A stretch of DNA of 64,000 nucleotides from Tubiluchus corallicola (lineage: Eukaryota > Animalia > Priapulida). The stretch spans positions 1 to 64,000 of the forward strand of contig JAQGDQ010001057.1 of NCBI GenBank assembly GCA_030141605.1, in the 5' to 3' direction. The stretch's first letter is position 1. Each line of letters starts with the position of its first letter. A model generated the notes under the pieces. That model was given only the letters and a program-made list of their open reading frames with translations, was not told the DNA's origin and did not search any database. A program made the translations under genes and the position numbers. Shown piece after piece: positions 1-13,500 of the stretch.

Positions 1-1626
1 ACATGCTAAAGAAAGTAGATGTAGCTACATGTACATGCTAAAGAAAGTAGATGTAGCTACATGTACATGCTAAAGAAAGTAGATGTAGCTACATGTACAT
101 GCTAAAGAAAGTAGATGTAGCTACATGTACATGCTAAAGAAAGTAGATGTAGCTACATGTACATGCTAAAGAAAGTAGATGTAGCTACATGTACATGCTG
201 AAGAAAGTAGATGTAGCTACATGTACATGCTAAAGAAAGTAGATGTAGCTACATGTACATGCTAAAGAAAGTAGATGTAGCTACATGTACATGCTGAAGA
301 AAGTAGATGTAGATACATGTACATGCTGAAGAAAGTAGATGTAGATACATGTACATGCTGAAGAAAGTAGATGTAGATACATGTAGATGCTGAAGAAAGT
401 AGATGTAGATACATGTACATGCTGAAGAAAGTAGATGTAGATACATGTACATGCTAAAGAAAGTAGATGTAGATACATGTACATGCTGAAGAAAGTAGAT
501 GTAGATACTTGTAGATGCTGAAGAAAGTAGATGTAGATACCTGTAGATGCTGAAGAAAGTAGATGTAGCTACATGTACATGCTAAAGAAAGTAGATGTAG
601 CTACATGTACATGCTAAAGAAAGTAGATGTAGCTACATGTACATGCTAAAGAAAGTAGATGTAGCTACATGTACATGCTAAAGAAAGTAGATGTAGCTAC
701 ATGTACATGCTAAAGAAAGTAGATGTAGCTACATGTACATGCTAAAGAAAGTAGATGTAGCTACATGTACATGCTAAAGAAAGTAGATGTAGCTACATGT
801 ACATGCTAAAGAAAGTAGATGTAGATACATGTACATGCTAAAGAAAGTAGATGTAGCTACATGTACATGCTAAAGAAAGTAGATGTAGCTACATGTACAT
901 GCTGAAGAAAGTAGATGTAGATACATGTACATGCTAAAGAAAGTAGATGTAGATACATGTACATGCTAAAGAAAGTAGACGTAGCTACATGTACATGCTA
1001 AAGAAAGTAGATGTAGCTACATGTACATGCTAAAGAAAGTAGATGTAGATACATGTACATGCTAAAGAAAGTAGATGTAGCTACATGTACATGCTAAAGA
1101 AAGTAGATGTAGCTACATGTACATGCTAAAGAAAGTAGATGTAGATACATGTACATGCTAAAGAAAGTAGATGTAGCTACATGTACATGCTGAAGAAAGT
1201 AGATGTAGCTACATGTACATGCTAAAGAAAGTAGATGTAGCTACATGTACATGCTAAAGAAAGTAGATGTAGCTACATGTACATGCTAAAGAAAGTAGAC
1301 GTAGCTACATGTACATGCTAAAGAAAGTAGATGTAGCTACATGTACATGCTAAAGAAAGTAGATGTAGCTACATGTACATGCTGAAGAAAGTAGATGTAG
1401 CTACATGTACATGCTGAAGAAAGTAGATGTAGATACATGTACATGCTGAAGAAAGTAGATGTAGATACATGTACATGCTGAAGAAAGTAGATGTAGATAC
1501 CTGTAGATGCTGAAGAAAGTAGATGTAGATACCTGTAGATGCTGAAGAAAGTAGATGTAGCTACATGTACATGCTAAAGAAAGTAGATGTAGCTACATGT
1601 ACATGCTGAAGAAAGTAGATGTAGAT
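1..1626. repeat. 32-bp minisatellite (~51 copies; runs off the window start)
   Basis: Unit ACATGCTAAAGAAAGTAGATGTAGCTACATGT, with internal palindromes ATGTAGCTACAT and CATGTACATG. Confidence 0.97.
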
Positions 1627-2225
1627 CAAGGGTAGGTAAGAACAAAGACAGCAGCTAGGTTTTAAAATGAATGCTTTTTTTCAACATTAAATGCAGTTCC
1701 TCTTCTTTGTTCTTTTTCTTTTTTATTTGTTTAAAGAGTCAGTCATCATTTTTAGCAGAATATATGTCCAGAAGTTTCGAAAATTAGAAAAAATTAAATG
1801 TCGCTATGCATCTCAGGACTGTCTGAATTTCAAAGCAAACAGAACATACATAAGTACATAGCTCGAATTGCTCAAATTGCCCGTTAAATACTTTTCCTTT
1901 GACGTCATTGGGTCAATAAAACGTTTGAAAAGAATCTTTGTAAATTGCTCGTGATAGCGGAGCAAATAAACTCGATCTTATTTGCAGAGAATTCCCAGCC
2001 ACACTTGTCTCAACTAAGTTTCTGAAATTTTTGCTCGACAAAGTAAGAATTGAGTTTGCGTTTCCTGTTGAGTGGTAAAAGCATCTGTTATATCATCGAG
2101 CGACCTGACGTACATCTGTCCTGATTCAAAATAATTACGATTGAGAAATTGACTGACGTGAACAAGTCAAGTGCTTATTTGTGAACGCATCTTTTTGTTC
2201 ACAAAAGAACATACATACATACACA

Positions 2226-2804
2226 CATATAAGCCGAATTTAGAACTATAAAATACAATACTGAAATCAGGGGGTCGACTTATATGCGCATGAAACAAAA
2301 TGAACACAATGACAGACACTAATGCCAATTTTCGGTTTTAAATAATGTCAATTTCTTTCAAATTTGTGAATGTAAAATGGTAAGTCTTGAGACTAGCCCT
2401 CCACCTACTTTTTATTTAGCAATACACCACTGTGTGTCACCAGTTGCGAGCCGTAACCAAGCTACAGCTAGTGGTGAAGCCCACGTCATCAGCCAATTGG
2501 TAGGCAGCGCGTGGGGAGACGAGGGTCACGTGGCTTATAGAGGAACAGCAAACCAATGAGGCAAACTGAGGCAAACGTGCGGCCACAGAATTTAAAAGTG
2601 TGCTGAATTTTGATAATTTTAGTTGTAAAATTATTTGTGCAATACACCATGCCTGGAGAAAAAAGAAAACGTATGTCCTATACTGCTGACTTCAAGCTAA
2701 AAGTTGATGGTCGGCTTATATACGGGTTTTTGCAAAAACTGGCCGTATATATACTGAATTTTAAAGCAGTTTTAGGGGGTCGGCTTATATGCGAGTATAT
2801 ACGG
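2226..2804 (+). mobile_element. Internally deleted pogo/Tigger-like element
   Basis: Ends ATATAAGCCGA...TCGGCTTATATGCGAGTATATACGG|TA. Retains ATG 2649 MPGEKRKRMSYTADFKLKV, resembling the Brinker-type N-terminus of pogo transposases, then breaks off. Confidence 0.7.
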
Positions 2805-2828
2805 TACATACATACACACATACACACA

Positions 2829-2880
<52 letters not shown>

Positions 2881-3828
2881 AAGGATAAGTCCTTTGAACA
2901 GAGAGGTAGAATTAATAAAACTTATTTACATCAAACTTGAAGGTTTGATTATGTCCTTGATTCATTGATTGATCAATTGATTAATGTTTGATTGGTTTAC
3001 AAACCGTTGCATCGTCTTCTTTTTTCAAAGGAAAACTGAACGATTGTGTAGACATGAGTTCTGCATAATAAGCTCTAAAATATTGAAAATTACAACGGCA
3101 TTTTTAAATTAAATCTTAGATTAAATAATATTTTCCTCGTGTAGTTAAATTTTGTTAACGTTTCAAAGCTACATGCGGCTCAGTGAATCTACTAATATTC
3201 GGCTTCGTGAATCGTGAATCCACAAACACTGGAAATTTGTCACATTTATGTGGCCGACAAATAGATGCTGTACCTTGATAAGCATGATCATGAAGACCAG
3301 TGTCCATCTGCGACATCAGTGTGACATAGAGCTCATTTTCGTGACATCACATCGGCGTCTTATAGCAATCTTGGCTTACTTAAACGTGTTTGATGCACAG
3401 GAAAGATGCCCACCATTGCACAAACTGTGGTTAGTTTGTGACATAAGCGATAGCTTAATTAATTACTCAACTATTCCAAACAATTGCTAAGTCTTATAGG
3501 CAAGAAAATGTATATTGTGGACAGTAAATTAAAATGAGAATGAGTCTAATCAATCGTCCGGTTTTCCTTTGTTTGCTGGTTTCGTTTCTTCTCTCCATGA
3601 ATTGATTTCATTAAGAGCCACAGTCGCAGTTAATGTTCCGTTTGCGAGTTTTTATCGTGTCGCTTCGACTTAACGCCTCCTTCGACAACGTTAGGGCTCC
3701 TTTGCACACAAATTTGATTTTAATTGCTCTTTTATAGCAGCAGTTCTCAGCTAGTTTGGGAACGAGAATAAAACTGTCAGCTGTGAACATGATGATGTTA
3801 GCTGCCGGGAAAATTGCTTATAATTCGT

Positions 3829-4386
3829 TTGTTTCTGCGTACTTGTGCATTGATTTACACTGTTACTTTCCAGGCGTACTGCTACTGAACGCAGTGCTGA
3901 CGGTACAAGCTCACAACCTGCATTGTTTCTGCGTACTTGTGCATTGATTTACACTGTTACTTTCCAGGTGTACTGCTACTGAACGCAGCGCTTACGGTAC
4001 AAGCTCACAACCTGCATTGTTTCTGCGTACTTGTGCATTGATTTACACTGTTACTTTCCAGGCGTACTGCTACTGAACGCAGTGCTGACGGTACAAGCTC
4101 ACAACCTGCATTGTTTCTGCGTACTTGTGCATTGATTTACACTGTTACTTTCCAGGCGTACTGCTACTGAATGCAGCGCTTACGGTACAAGCTCACAACC
4201 TGCATTGTTTCTGCGTACTTGTGCATTGATTTACACTGTTACTTTCCAGGTGTACTGCTACTGAATGCAGCGCTTACGGTACAAGCTCACAACCTGCATT
4301 GTTTCTGTGTACTTGTGCATTGATTCACACTGTTACTTTCCAGGCGTACTGCTACTGAACGCAGTGCTGACGGTACAAGCTCACAA
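3829..4386 (+). repeat. 94-bp tandem repeat x6 spanning the UNG acceptor
   Basis: Units start at 3831, 3925, 4019, 4113, 4207 and 4301; each contains tttccag|G(C/T)GTACTGCTACTGAA. Confidence 0.96.
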
Positions 4387-4522
4387 TGCAAACTCTCACA
4401 AAGACAAAGGTTGGGAGAAATTTACTGATGCTGTGGTGCACTGGATCAACAACAACCTAGACTCAGTGGTCTTCCTCTTGTGGGGTGCGTACGCTCAGAA
4501 GAAAGCGGCTTTCGTAAGCAAG
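4344..4522 (+). CDS. UNG: UNG penultimate coding exon (179 bp, phase 1 to phase 0)
   Basis: Acceptor actttccag|GC, donor AAG|gttagt; encodes [10 protein letters not shown]...[12 protein letters not shown]. Confidence 0.93.
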
Positions 4523-7500
4523 GTTAGTGGCTTATGCACGTAACATTGGCGGCAAAAACATTAAAGGAAAGCGCAACATTATTTTGCACCATATCTCATT
4601 TTGACATTCTGTGTCTGTAAACATGCATTTTATCTACCTAAGATAATTAGTAAAATTTCTCTGGTAATTAAATATTTGTTAGTGTCAGAGAAAACCAAGG
4701 AAAAGTGCATGTATGTTTTTGAATATTACTTAAACGTATTAAGACGTTTGATCCTTAAAATCTTGAGGAACACGTATTAAAGAAAATAGGTACTTAACTG
4801 TAGATTACAGCTGAAAACGACCTACACTATTGTTTAAAATATTCTTTTAAGTGAGGTTAGGTACTTAACTGTAGATTACAGCTGAATGCGACCTACACTA
4901 TTGTTTAAAATATTCTTTTAAGTGAGGTTAGGTACTTATCTGTAGATTACAGCTGAATACGACCTACACTATTGTTTAAAATATTCTTTTAAGTGAGGTT
5001 AGGTACTTAACTGTAGATTACAGCTGAAAACGACCTACACTATTGTTTAAAATATTCTTTTAAGTGAGGTTAGGTACTTAACTGTAGATTACAGCTGAAA
5101 ACGACCTACACTATTGTTTAAAATATTCTTTTAAGTGAGGTTAGGTACTTAACTGTAGATTACAGCTGAAAACGACCTACACTATTGTTTAAAATATTCT
5201 TTTAAGTGAGGTTAGGTACTTAACTGTAGATTACAGCTGAATGCGACCTACACTATTGTTTAAAATATTCTTTTAAGTGAGGTTAGGTACTTAACTGTAG
5301 ATTACAGCTGAAAACGACCTACACTATTGTTTAAAATATTCTTTTAAGTGAGGTTAGGTACTTAACTGTAGATTACAGCTGAATGCGACCTACACTATTG
5401 TTTAAAATATTCTTTTAAGTGAGGTTAGGTACTTAACTGTAGATTACAGCTGAAAACGACCTACACTATTGTTTAAAATATTCTTTTAAGTGAGGTTAGG
5501 TACTTAACTGTAGATTACAGCTGAAGTTATTGTTTAAAATATTCTTTTAAGTGAGGTTAGGTACTTAACTGTAGATTACAGCTGAATGCGACCTACACTA
5601 TTGTTTAAAATATTCTTTTAAGTGAGGTTAGGTACTTAACTGTAGATTACAGCTGAATGCGACCTACACTATTGTTTAAAATATTCTTTTAAGTGAGGTT
5701 AGGTACTTAACTGTAGATTACAGCTGAATGCGACCTACACTATTGTTTAAAATATTCTTTTAAGTGAGGTTAGGTACTTAACTGTAGATTACAGCTGAAA
5801 ACTACCTACACCATTGTTTAAAATATTCTTTTAAGTGAGGTTAGGTACTTAACTGTAGATTACAGCTGAATACTACCTACACTATTGTTTAAAATATTGT
5901 TTTAAATGAGGTGCAATGGGTTGTAGCTTTGCTACAGTCTAGCTGCATGGCCGGCTAATATGGCTCACCGATATCAGTAGTTAAAAAAAGCAGTTTATCT
6001 CTCCTGAATGCACATTTTATTAGAAACAAAACATACATTACTGAAGCACCGAAAATTGAGTTTTTTTGTGCTTGTAAATTATGCTTCGGCACAAAACTTA
6101 TTCGCATCAATGTTCGTCGCTGAAATGCCTTAGAACAGGGGTGTGCAAACTGCGGCCCACGGGCCACTTGCGGCCCGCCGAGAGATCTTGTGCGGCCCGC
6201 GAAGAGGTTTGTCAACGTAATGATAGTGCAGCCCACGTGATCCAGCTCAAGTCTGCGCCAATATCGCAAAGATAGTGCGGGTAGTTTTTTCCTCTAGATC
6301 GGATGGCATTAACCCCTACAAGACCGTTGTCACTTAATGTCACTGTCGGGCATGATGAAATATATGGTTTTTAATGTAAATTTTAATAACTTCTAAAATA
6401 GTTTCTTGAGTGTAGTAGTGTAGTAGTAATGATGTGCACAGGTCGGATGCAAAAAAATCGTTATTAGGTCCTACTGTACTTGGCTCCTTGACCAAACTGC
6501 CTGTGGCCCGCAGGAATTGCGGGAAAGTTTAATGTGGCCCGGCTAGTCAGATAGTTTGCACACCCCTGCCTTAGAACGATTAACTTTAAACAATGTAATG
6601 TTTTAATAAATGCGAAAGTCCACTATACTGAACAGAAACATGAATGGAGTGACAAGTAATCTAGCAAATCTTCGAAGACTGCCACACTCATACTATCAGG
6701 CAGTAATTAAGTAACGAGTTGGCACTACATTCTCTTCAGCATTCTTGATAACTGCCTTTTCATCTTTCTTTTGAGATCTATCTTTGTTTCTGTAATTAAA
6801 TGAAATATAGTCTCTGCCGATGGCGATGTTATTTCATAATGCTATACCCAGATTTCCACTGACGCCGACAATATCGGCTTGGCGTTGCTAGTAGCAGATA
6901 GGGGTTTGTCCGTGTTGCTCTGTTTTTGCAGTGTGCTCAGATGCCCGTGTTTTTTCCAATATGGCCACTCGTCCAACGTTTCGGGTAGCACTTTTCCTCG
7001 TGTTTCCGGAAAAAGGATGATGACGAAGCCGACAGCGAATGCCAGAGATCCGAAAAGAACCGGCTGTAGCCACGCGAAGTTTCGCTGCTGTAAACAACAA
7101 AATATCTAATTATCTGAACTGTTACTCTGAAATAGACTGATGTTGCATTACAGTGAGACGTTCGACTGATATGCCGTGTCGACTAGGCTGCCGACAGAAG
7201 GGCAAACTACCCAGGCATTATTAAAGTACACTGCAAGCGATTTCCTTAGTTACAGAGATAACAGTTATTAACTTGCATATTTGGTCATATACATGTGTTA
7301 TTGCATATAGGGCTTGCATTAGCACTGGGCAGCCGACAGAAGGGCTTAACTACCCAGGCATCATTAAAGTACACTGCAAGCGATTTCCTTAGTTACAGAG
7401 ATAACAGTTATTAACTTGCATATTTGTGTCATATACATGTGCTATTGCATATGGGGCTTGCATTAGCAGTAAGGCGGTATAAAGCTTGTAAATTTAAACT

Positions 7501-10500
7501 CTCGCTATTGACCATTTGGCGCAGGCTTTTTAGCGACAAATTGTTGATAGAATTTTAGGTTACATTAGGCAAAGTTTGAAAAAATAATCAAAACATAGGT
7601 AGCCGACTTTTCACTAATTAGTCAAAGGTTATAATTGCTTTTTATGGTCAGTAAAGTCAATAAAGTGTTTTTTTTGGTGAGCCAGTGATGCACACTGAGA
7701 TGATGATACAGTGGCATTGTATTATGAATTTATGAATTATGAATTTATTCCACAGCAACTCAAACATACATATAAATTGATATAACATTGAAAAAAAATA
7801 AACTATGCGAGTTACTGTGAGGAGGAGGAAGGAGCATTGAGCTTTCGAGTCCTCCTCTAGATAAGTGAAACAATTGACAATTAACATTACATTTTCATCA
7901 GTTATAACGTACATTAGAACAAAATAAGTTTTGTTAGTAACTTAAGATCAGGATGAGTAAAATTGTGAGTTAATTATACCGTTGTAGTAAGTAATTCTTT
8001 GATGCTTTTTTAAATTGATAAAGATTAAGAGTTTTCATTTCACGCGGAATTGATGACCATATTTTAATAGCATTATATTTTGATGACTGTTTCATTATAT
8101 TTGTTTTGGAAGGGGGAGTACATAGTTTCCGACTGAATATCTTGTGTAATGATCATGTTGATTTGAAACTGGACTAAAGTATGACTGAAAAGCTGGTGGA
8201 AGTAGTGAATTATGATACTGATACATGAAATGAAGACAATACATGTCATATATTTCTTTCACTTTAAGAGTTTTAACAGACAAGTAAATTATATTTGTGG
8301 GATGGTCATACCTTACATGATATATTAGTTTGAGAATTTTGTTCTGGGTAATTTGTAAAGCTTCCAGATTACTTTTATATGTACCAGTTGGCTCAAAAAT
8401 TTTAAATTATTAAGAGCTTTCTTTTCCAATTACATGAGTTTTTCAAACAGGTAAGTGCAATGCTAGTAACGCGTAAGCGTGCTCAGACTCGAAAGCAAAT
8501 TTGCTGCGAGTTACTTTGCAACAGTAAGTGCGAGCTGACGCTCTGCTCTGCGTGAGGAGAGTAACTCGCCGAGATGTTCACACTAGACAGTTAATCAACT
8601 CGCAGCAACTGTCAGAGAGAGTAACTCGCAAAGCAGTTCACACTTGTGAGTTTGTTGTCAAAGAGAGTAACTCGCAAAGCAGTTCACACTTGCGAGTTTG
8701 TTGTCAGAGAGAGTAAATCGCAAAGCAGTTCACACTTGCGAGTTTGTTGTCAGAGAGAGTAACTCGCAAAGCAGTTCACACTTGCGAGTTTGTTGTCAGA
8801 GAGAGTAACTCGCAAAGCACTTCACACTTGCGAGTTTGTTGTCAGAGAGAGTAACTCGCAAAGCAGTTCACACTTGCGAGTTTGTTGTCAGAGAGAGTAA
8901 CTCACAAAGCAGTTCACACTTGCGAGTTTGTTGTCAGAGAGAGTAAATCGCAAAGCAGTTCACACTTGCGAGTTTGTTGTCAGAGAGAGTAAATCGCAAA
9001 GCAGTTCACACTTGTGAGTTTGTTGTCAGAGAGAGTAACTCGCAAAGCAGTTCACACTTGCGAGTTTGTTGTCAGAGAGAGGAACTCGCAAAGCACTTCA
9101 CACTTGCGAGTTTGTTGTCAGAGAGAGGAACTCGCAAAGCAGTTCACACTTGCGAGTTTGTTGTCAGAGAGAGTAACTCGCAAAGCAGTTCACACTTGCG
9201 AGTTTGTTGCCAGAGAGAGTAACTCGCAAAGCAGTTCACACTTGCGAGTTTGTTGTCAGAGAGAGTAACTCGCAAAGCAGTTCACACTTGCCAGTTTGTT
9301 GTCAGAGAGAGTAACTCGCAAAGCAATTCACACTTGCGAGTTTGTTGTCAGAGAGAGTAACTCGCAAAGCAGTTCACACTTGCGAGTTTGTTGTCAGAGA
9401 GAGTAACTCGCAAAACAGGTCACACTTGCGAGTTTGTTGTCAGAGAGAGTAACTCGCAAAGCAGTTCACACTTGCGAGTTTGTTGTCAGAGAGAGTAACT
9501 CACAAAGCAGTTCACACTTGCCAGTTTGTTGTCAGCAAGAGTAACTCGCAAAGCAGTTCACACTTGCGAGTTTGTTGTCAGAGAGAGTAACTCGCAAAGC
9601 AGTTCACACTTGCGAGTTTGTTGTCAGAGACAGTAACTCGCAAAGCAGTTCACACTTGCGAGTTTGTTGTCAGAGAGAGTAACTCGCAAAGCAGTTCACA
9701 CTTGCCAGTTTGTTGTCAGAGAGAGTAACTCGCAAAGCAATTCACACTTGCGAGTTTGTTGTCAGAGAGAGTAACTCGCAAAGCAGTTCACACTTGCGAG
9801 TTTGTTGTCAGAGAGAGTAACTCGCAAAACAGGTCACACTTGCGAGTTTGTTGTCAGAGAGAGTAACTCGCAAAGCAGTTCACACTTGCGAGTTTGTTGT
9901 CAGAGAGAGTAACTCACAAAGCAGTTCACACTTGCCAGTTTGTTGTCAGCAAGAGTAACTCGCAAAGCAGTTCACACTTGCGAGTTTGTTGTCAGAGAGA
10001 GTAACTCGCAAAGCAGTTCACACTTGCGAGTTTGTTGTCAGAGACAGTAACTTGCAAAGCAGTTCACACTTGTGGGTTTGTTGTCAGAGATAGTAACTCG
10101 CAAAGCAGTTCACACTTGTGAGATAACTGTCAAAGAGAAAACTTGAGGACTCGCTAGTGGCCAGGTTTTTCCAACGATCAATTTCTATTAGTGACCTCAG
10201 GTGTTGGTAACTGCCCTTGTGCAAGTTCTTGTGTGTGTTTGTAAACTATTATGCTTGTACTTACCAATGCTATGGTGAGTGGTGCAACCATTGAGCCTAT
10301 ACGAGCAACACTAGATGACATGCCTAGTCCCGAGTTTCTGAAATAGCAATCAGTTTTTTTGGAAATTTATGGTTAACTGCCTGTAGCATAATGTTGTCGT
10401 GTTAAAGCAGAAAAAGTGCCTTACGTGAAACAATTATTACCACACAAACACAATTTCGCATTCACACCACTAGTTCTTCGCTGTTACATGCATTTCGCCA

Positions 10501-13500
10501 TTCGCTAGTTAGACCGGCAGTAGCGCCTGCATTTTGGAAATGCATTGCACAAAAAACAGGTGCTGTATTTCTCATATCAGGTGTGTTAGTTTGTGACGAA
10601 CTACACATGTTCGACAGCTCATGCGTAAGTTGCTTAGTTAACAGAATTCTGTTGTAGCTTGTTAAAATAATTATTCTGTTAACTTGTCGGGGTCATCATG
10701 CTACTTAGAGGGCAGCGAAATTATCAAGAAGCAAAAATAGTATTAATAATTTCTGAAAGCGTTGGAAAAAACAGGTGCTGTACGTTTCAGTTTAGATGTG
10801 TTATTTTGTGACGAACTGCACACGTTCGATAGCTCACGCGTGAGCACAGCGGTAAATATAAAATTTGAATTTTTATCTTAAAACTTGCCTAGTTTCAGTA
10901 CAACACACTGAATATCTTACAGTAGCACTGTACTTCAATTTTCTCTTTCACAAACACGTGCAACACACTCGTGGAATACATTTGCTGTTGAAAGTTATGT
11001 TAGTTTGTGATGTCATCAATAGTAGGGTTTGCCAGCCATTAATTAAGATTTTAATCTATTATTTAATTATAAAAAACGCTTTTGCAGTATTAATTGTGTT
11101 AAAATGTATACTTTTTATCAGACTTGAATGTGGGGTAGAGTATGAAAAATCATCCTATCAACCTGTAACAGTACAGCAGACTATCAAAGAGCAATACTAG
11201 GTATTAGTTTCATTATAAACACTGGCATTTTTCAAATGTTTCCTTGCAGTTGCTGCCATCTTTCAGGCATTAGTAGAAAGAAGGCTATGTAATAAAAAAA
11301 ACGAGTGAAATTACCTAACTTCCGTAGGATAAATTTCTGCGGTGTACAGAAAGAGGGCGACAAAACCAGCCGAGTTGGCAGCTTTTCCCATGGATACCAC
11401 CGCCGTGACGATCCACGATACGTCGTTTCCGTTGCCTGTAGACAACAAAAGACTATTTGCAATTAGAAATATTTGCGGAAGCAGTTTAGTGGAACTCACA
11501 TTTTGAACAAGGAGACAGTGCTCTTCTAAGGCTTGCCTTTGCATAACTGTGAAACAATAAGCCTTTTCACAGTTTCGCTATGTGCACTCTCAGCTGCTGT
11601 ACAAAGTGCAGCACAGTAACGCGTTTTAACTACAATCGTCACATGACGTGTAATAAAGTAAAGCCGTCTGTTGTGTCAGTTAAGTAACTTCAGTTGTTTT
11701 ATGTGGACTTTACTCATTTATTTATGAAAAACTGCTCTCACTAAGCAGTGGTTATATTATATTTGATGATTTTTGTAGATTATACTATGTGAATTATATA
11801 TGAAATGCATTTCCTTACCGTAGACAAATTAAAAATGGATTTTTGACGAAAAAATGAAAAAAATCTCTCTGTAACTGTAGAGTTTCTCATCACAGAAAAA
11901 TTCGCCTGTCCAAACACAAAACTTTGATGCACTTTTGCTTTAAGTCTACTCTGTTTTTAAGCAGAAATTCCTGTTAAAAGATGAAAGGACCTTAATTTGT
12001 CCTTGATTCATCGGTTGGTTTTTCCTGAAGCAGCAGCAGAACACTGCAAAGCTTGAGCTGTAGCAAGCAGGCGATCAATAAATTAGTGTGTACGATCACG
12101 CAAGTGTACACCAGAGTAAGCTACTTAATAGGCTAAGTTGAAGTACCTGATACAGGTGTGTTTTCCTTATTTTATCCAACTAAATCACGTATAAATGTTT
12201 AAACAAATAGCATGATTGGATAGCCAATATTCTCCTGAATAGAACACTACCTAATTTGTAATCATTTATTTATGTCTGTGCTCATACAGTAGCAGAAAAG
12301 TCATAGGTCTTATAAGACACATTTTGAATGGTGGAGTCTTGAATGAGTTAATGATAAAGACTTTTGTAGTTAAAGTGGTGCATTAATCGAATCTATAATT
12401 TTAGGTTATCAAATCCGAACAAAAAAAATTGTTCGAATCAAATTCGATTTAGTTCTCAGCCCTGCTCACTAGGGGTGAGCATTCTCTACCAGAAAGCGAA
12501 TTCGAATCGAACCGAATTTGCGACTTTCGAATTCGAATCGAACCGAACTTCAGAGTTTCGAATTCGAAGCGAATTCGAATTGAGATCAAAAGATTTTCGA
12601 ACCACCAGCAAAAATTAGTCTTACAAAGATCATGCATATCATTGGATTTTGTTCTGCAATAAAACGACTAGTAATTTGTTTAAAATTGTGTGCAGAAATC
12701 ACAGCTAAATTATGCTAATTGCATGATGTTTCAATCGTTTTAGTGATAAAGAACATATGTGATTGAAGTGCTGAATTATTCGAATCTATAGTATTGGATT
12801 CGAATCGAGTTCGAACTAAAAAAAACTCGTTCGAATCGAATTTGAGCGGTCGATGCTCACCCCTACTGCTCACTGATTAACCACTCACTTTTCTTTCCTG
12901 GTAGAAATAACAAAGATGCCAATGTTATTCCACATATCAAATGAAATGCCGATAACGACTTGACTCTTCCAAACCTAGACTGCAACAAGAATGAGTATTA
13001 GTAAGATTTTAATGAAAATTACGTACCAAACCACAGCTGTTTCATGAGAGAATGACTTTTAAAGGACAAGTACCCACTTTCCACAAGTAAAGCTTAACTC
13101 ATTTAGGATTGTAAGCGTTTGCTGCATTTTACATGGGTTCAATAAAATCACTTATGCTTAAACAAATAGCCTGATTTGACAGCTGAGATTCTTTCGAATA
13201 GAACACTACCTAATTTGTAAATTGTTTAGTTGTGTCTGTCCTCATACAGTAGCAGAAGAGCCATAGGTCTTATAAGACGTATTTTGAATTGCGCAGTCCT
13301 GAAGGAGTTAAAATTATCTTAAAATTTTACACCATGTACAGGCTGTCTTATTGCATACAGGACTTGTGTTAGGCTGTTTTATTGCATACAGGACTTGTGT
13401 TAGGCTGTCTTATTGCATACAGGACTTGTGTTAGGCTGTCTTATTGCATACAGGACTTGTGTTAGGCTGTCTTATTGCATACAGGACTTGTGTTAGGCTG

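Noticed and set aside
1600-1645. Missing upstream UNG exon ending at CAAGG-GTAGGTAAG
   Set aside because: The upstream sequence is the 32-bp satellite and does not encode the expected HPGHG.L.GWA.QG; that exon must lie before the window.
4265-4543. Stand-alone truncated UNG pseudogene or horizontally acquired UDG
   Set aside because: Canonical splice sites and an in-phase terminal exon at 37956 indicate a normal spliced gene.
8611-10135. CRISPR-like array of palindromic repeats
   Set aside because: Units are head-to-tail with no unique spacers, there are no cas genes, and the context is a eukaryotic intron.
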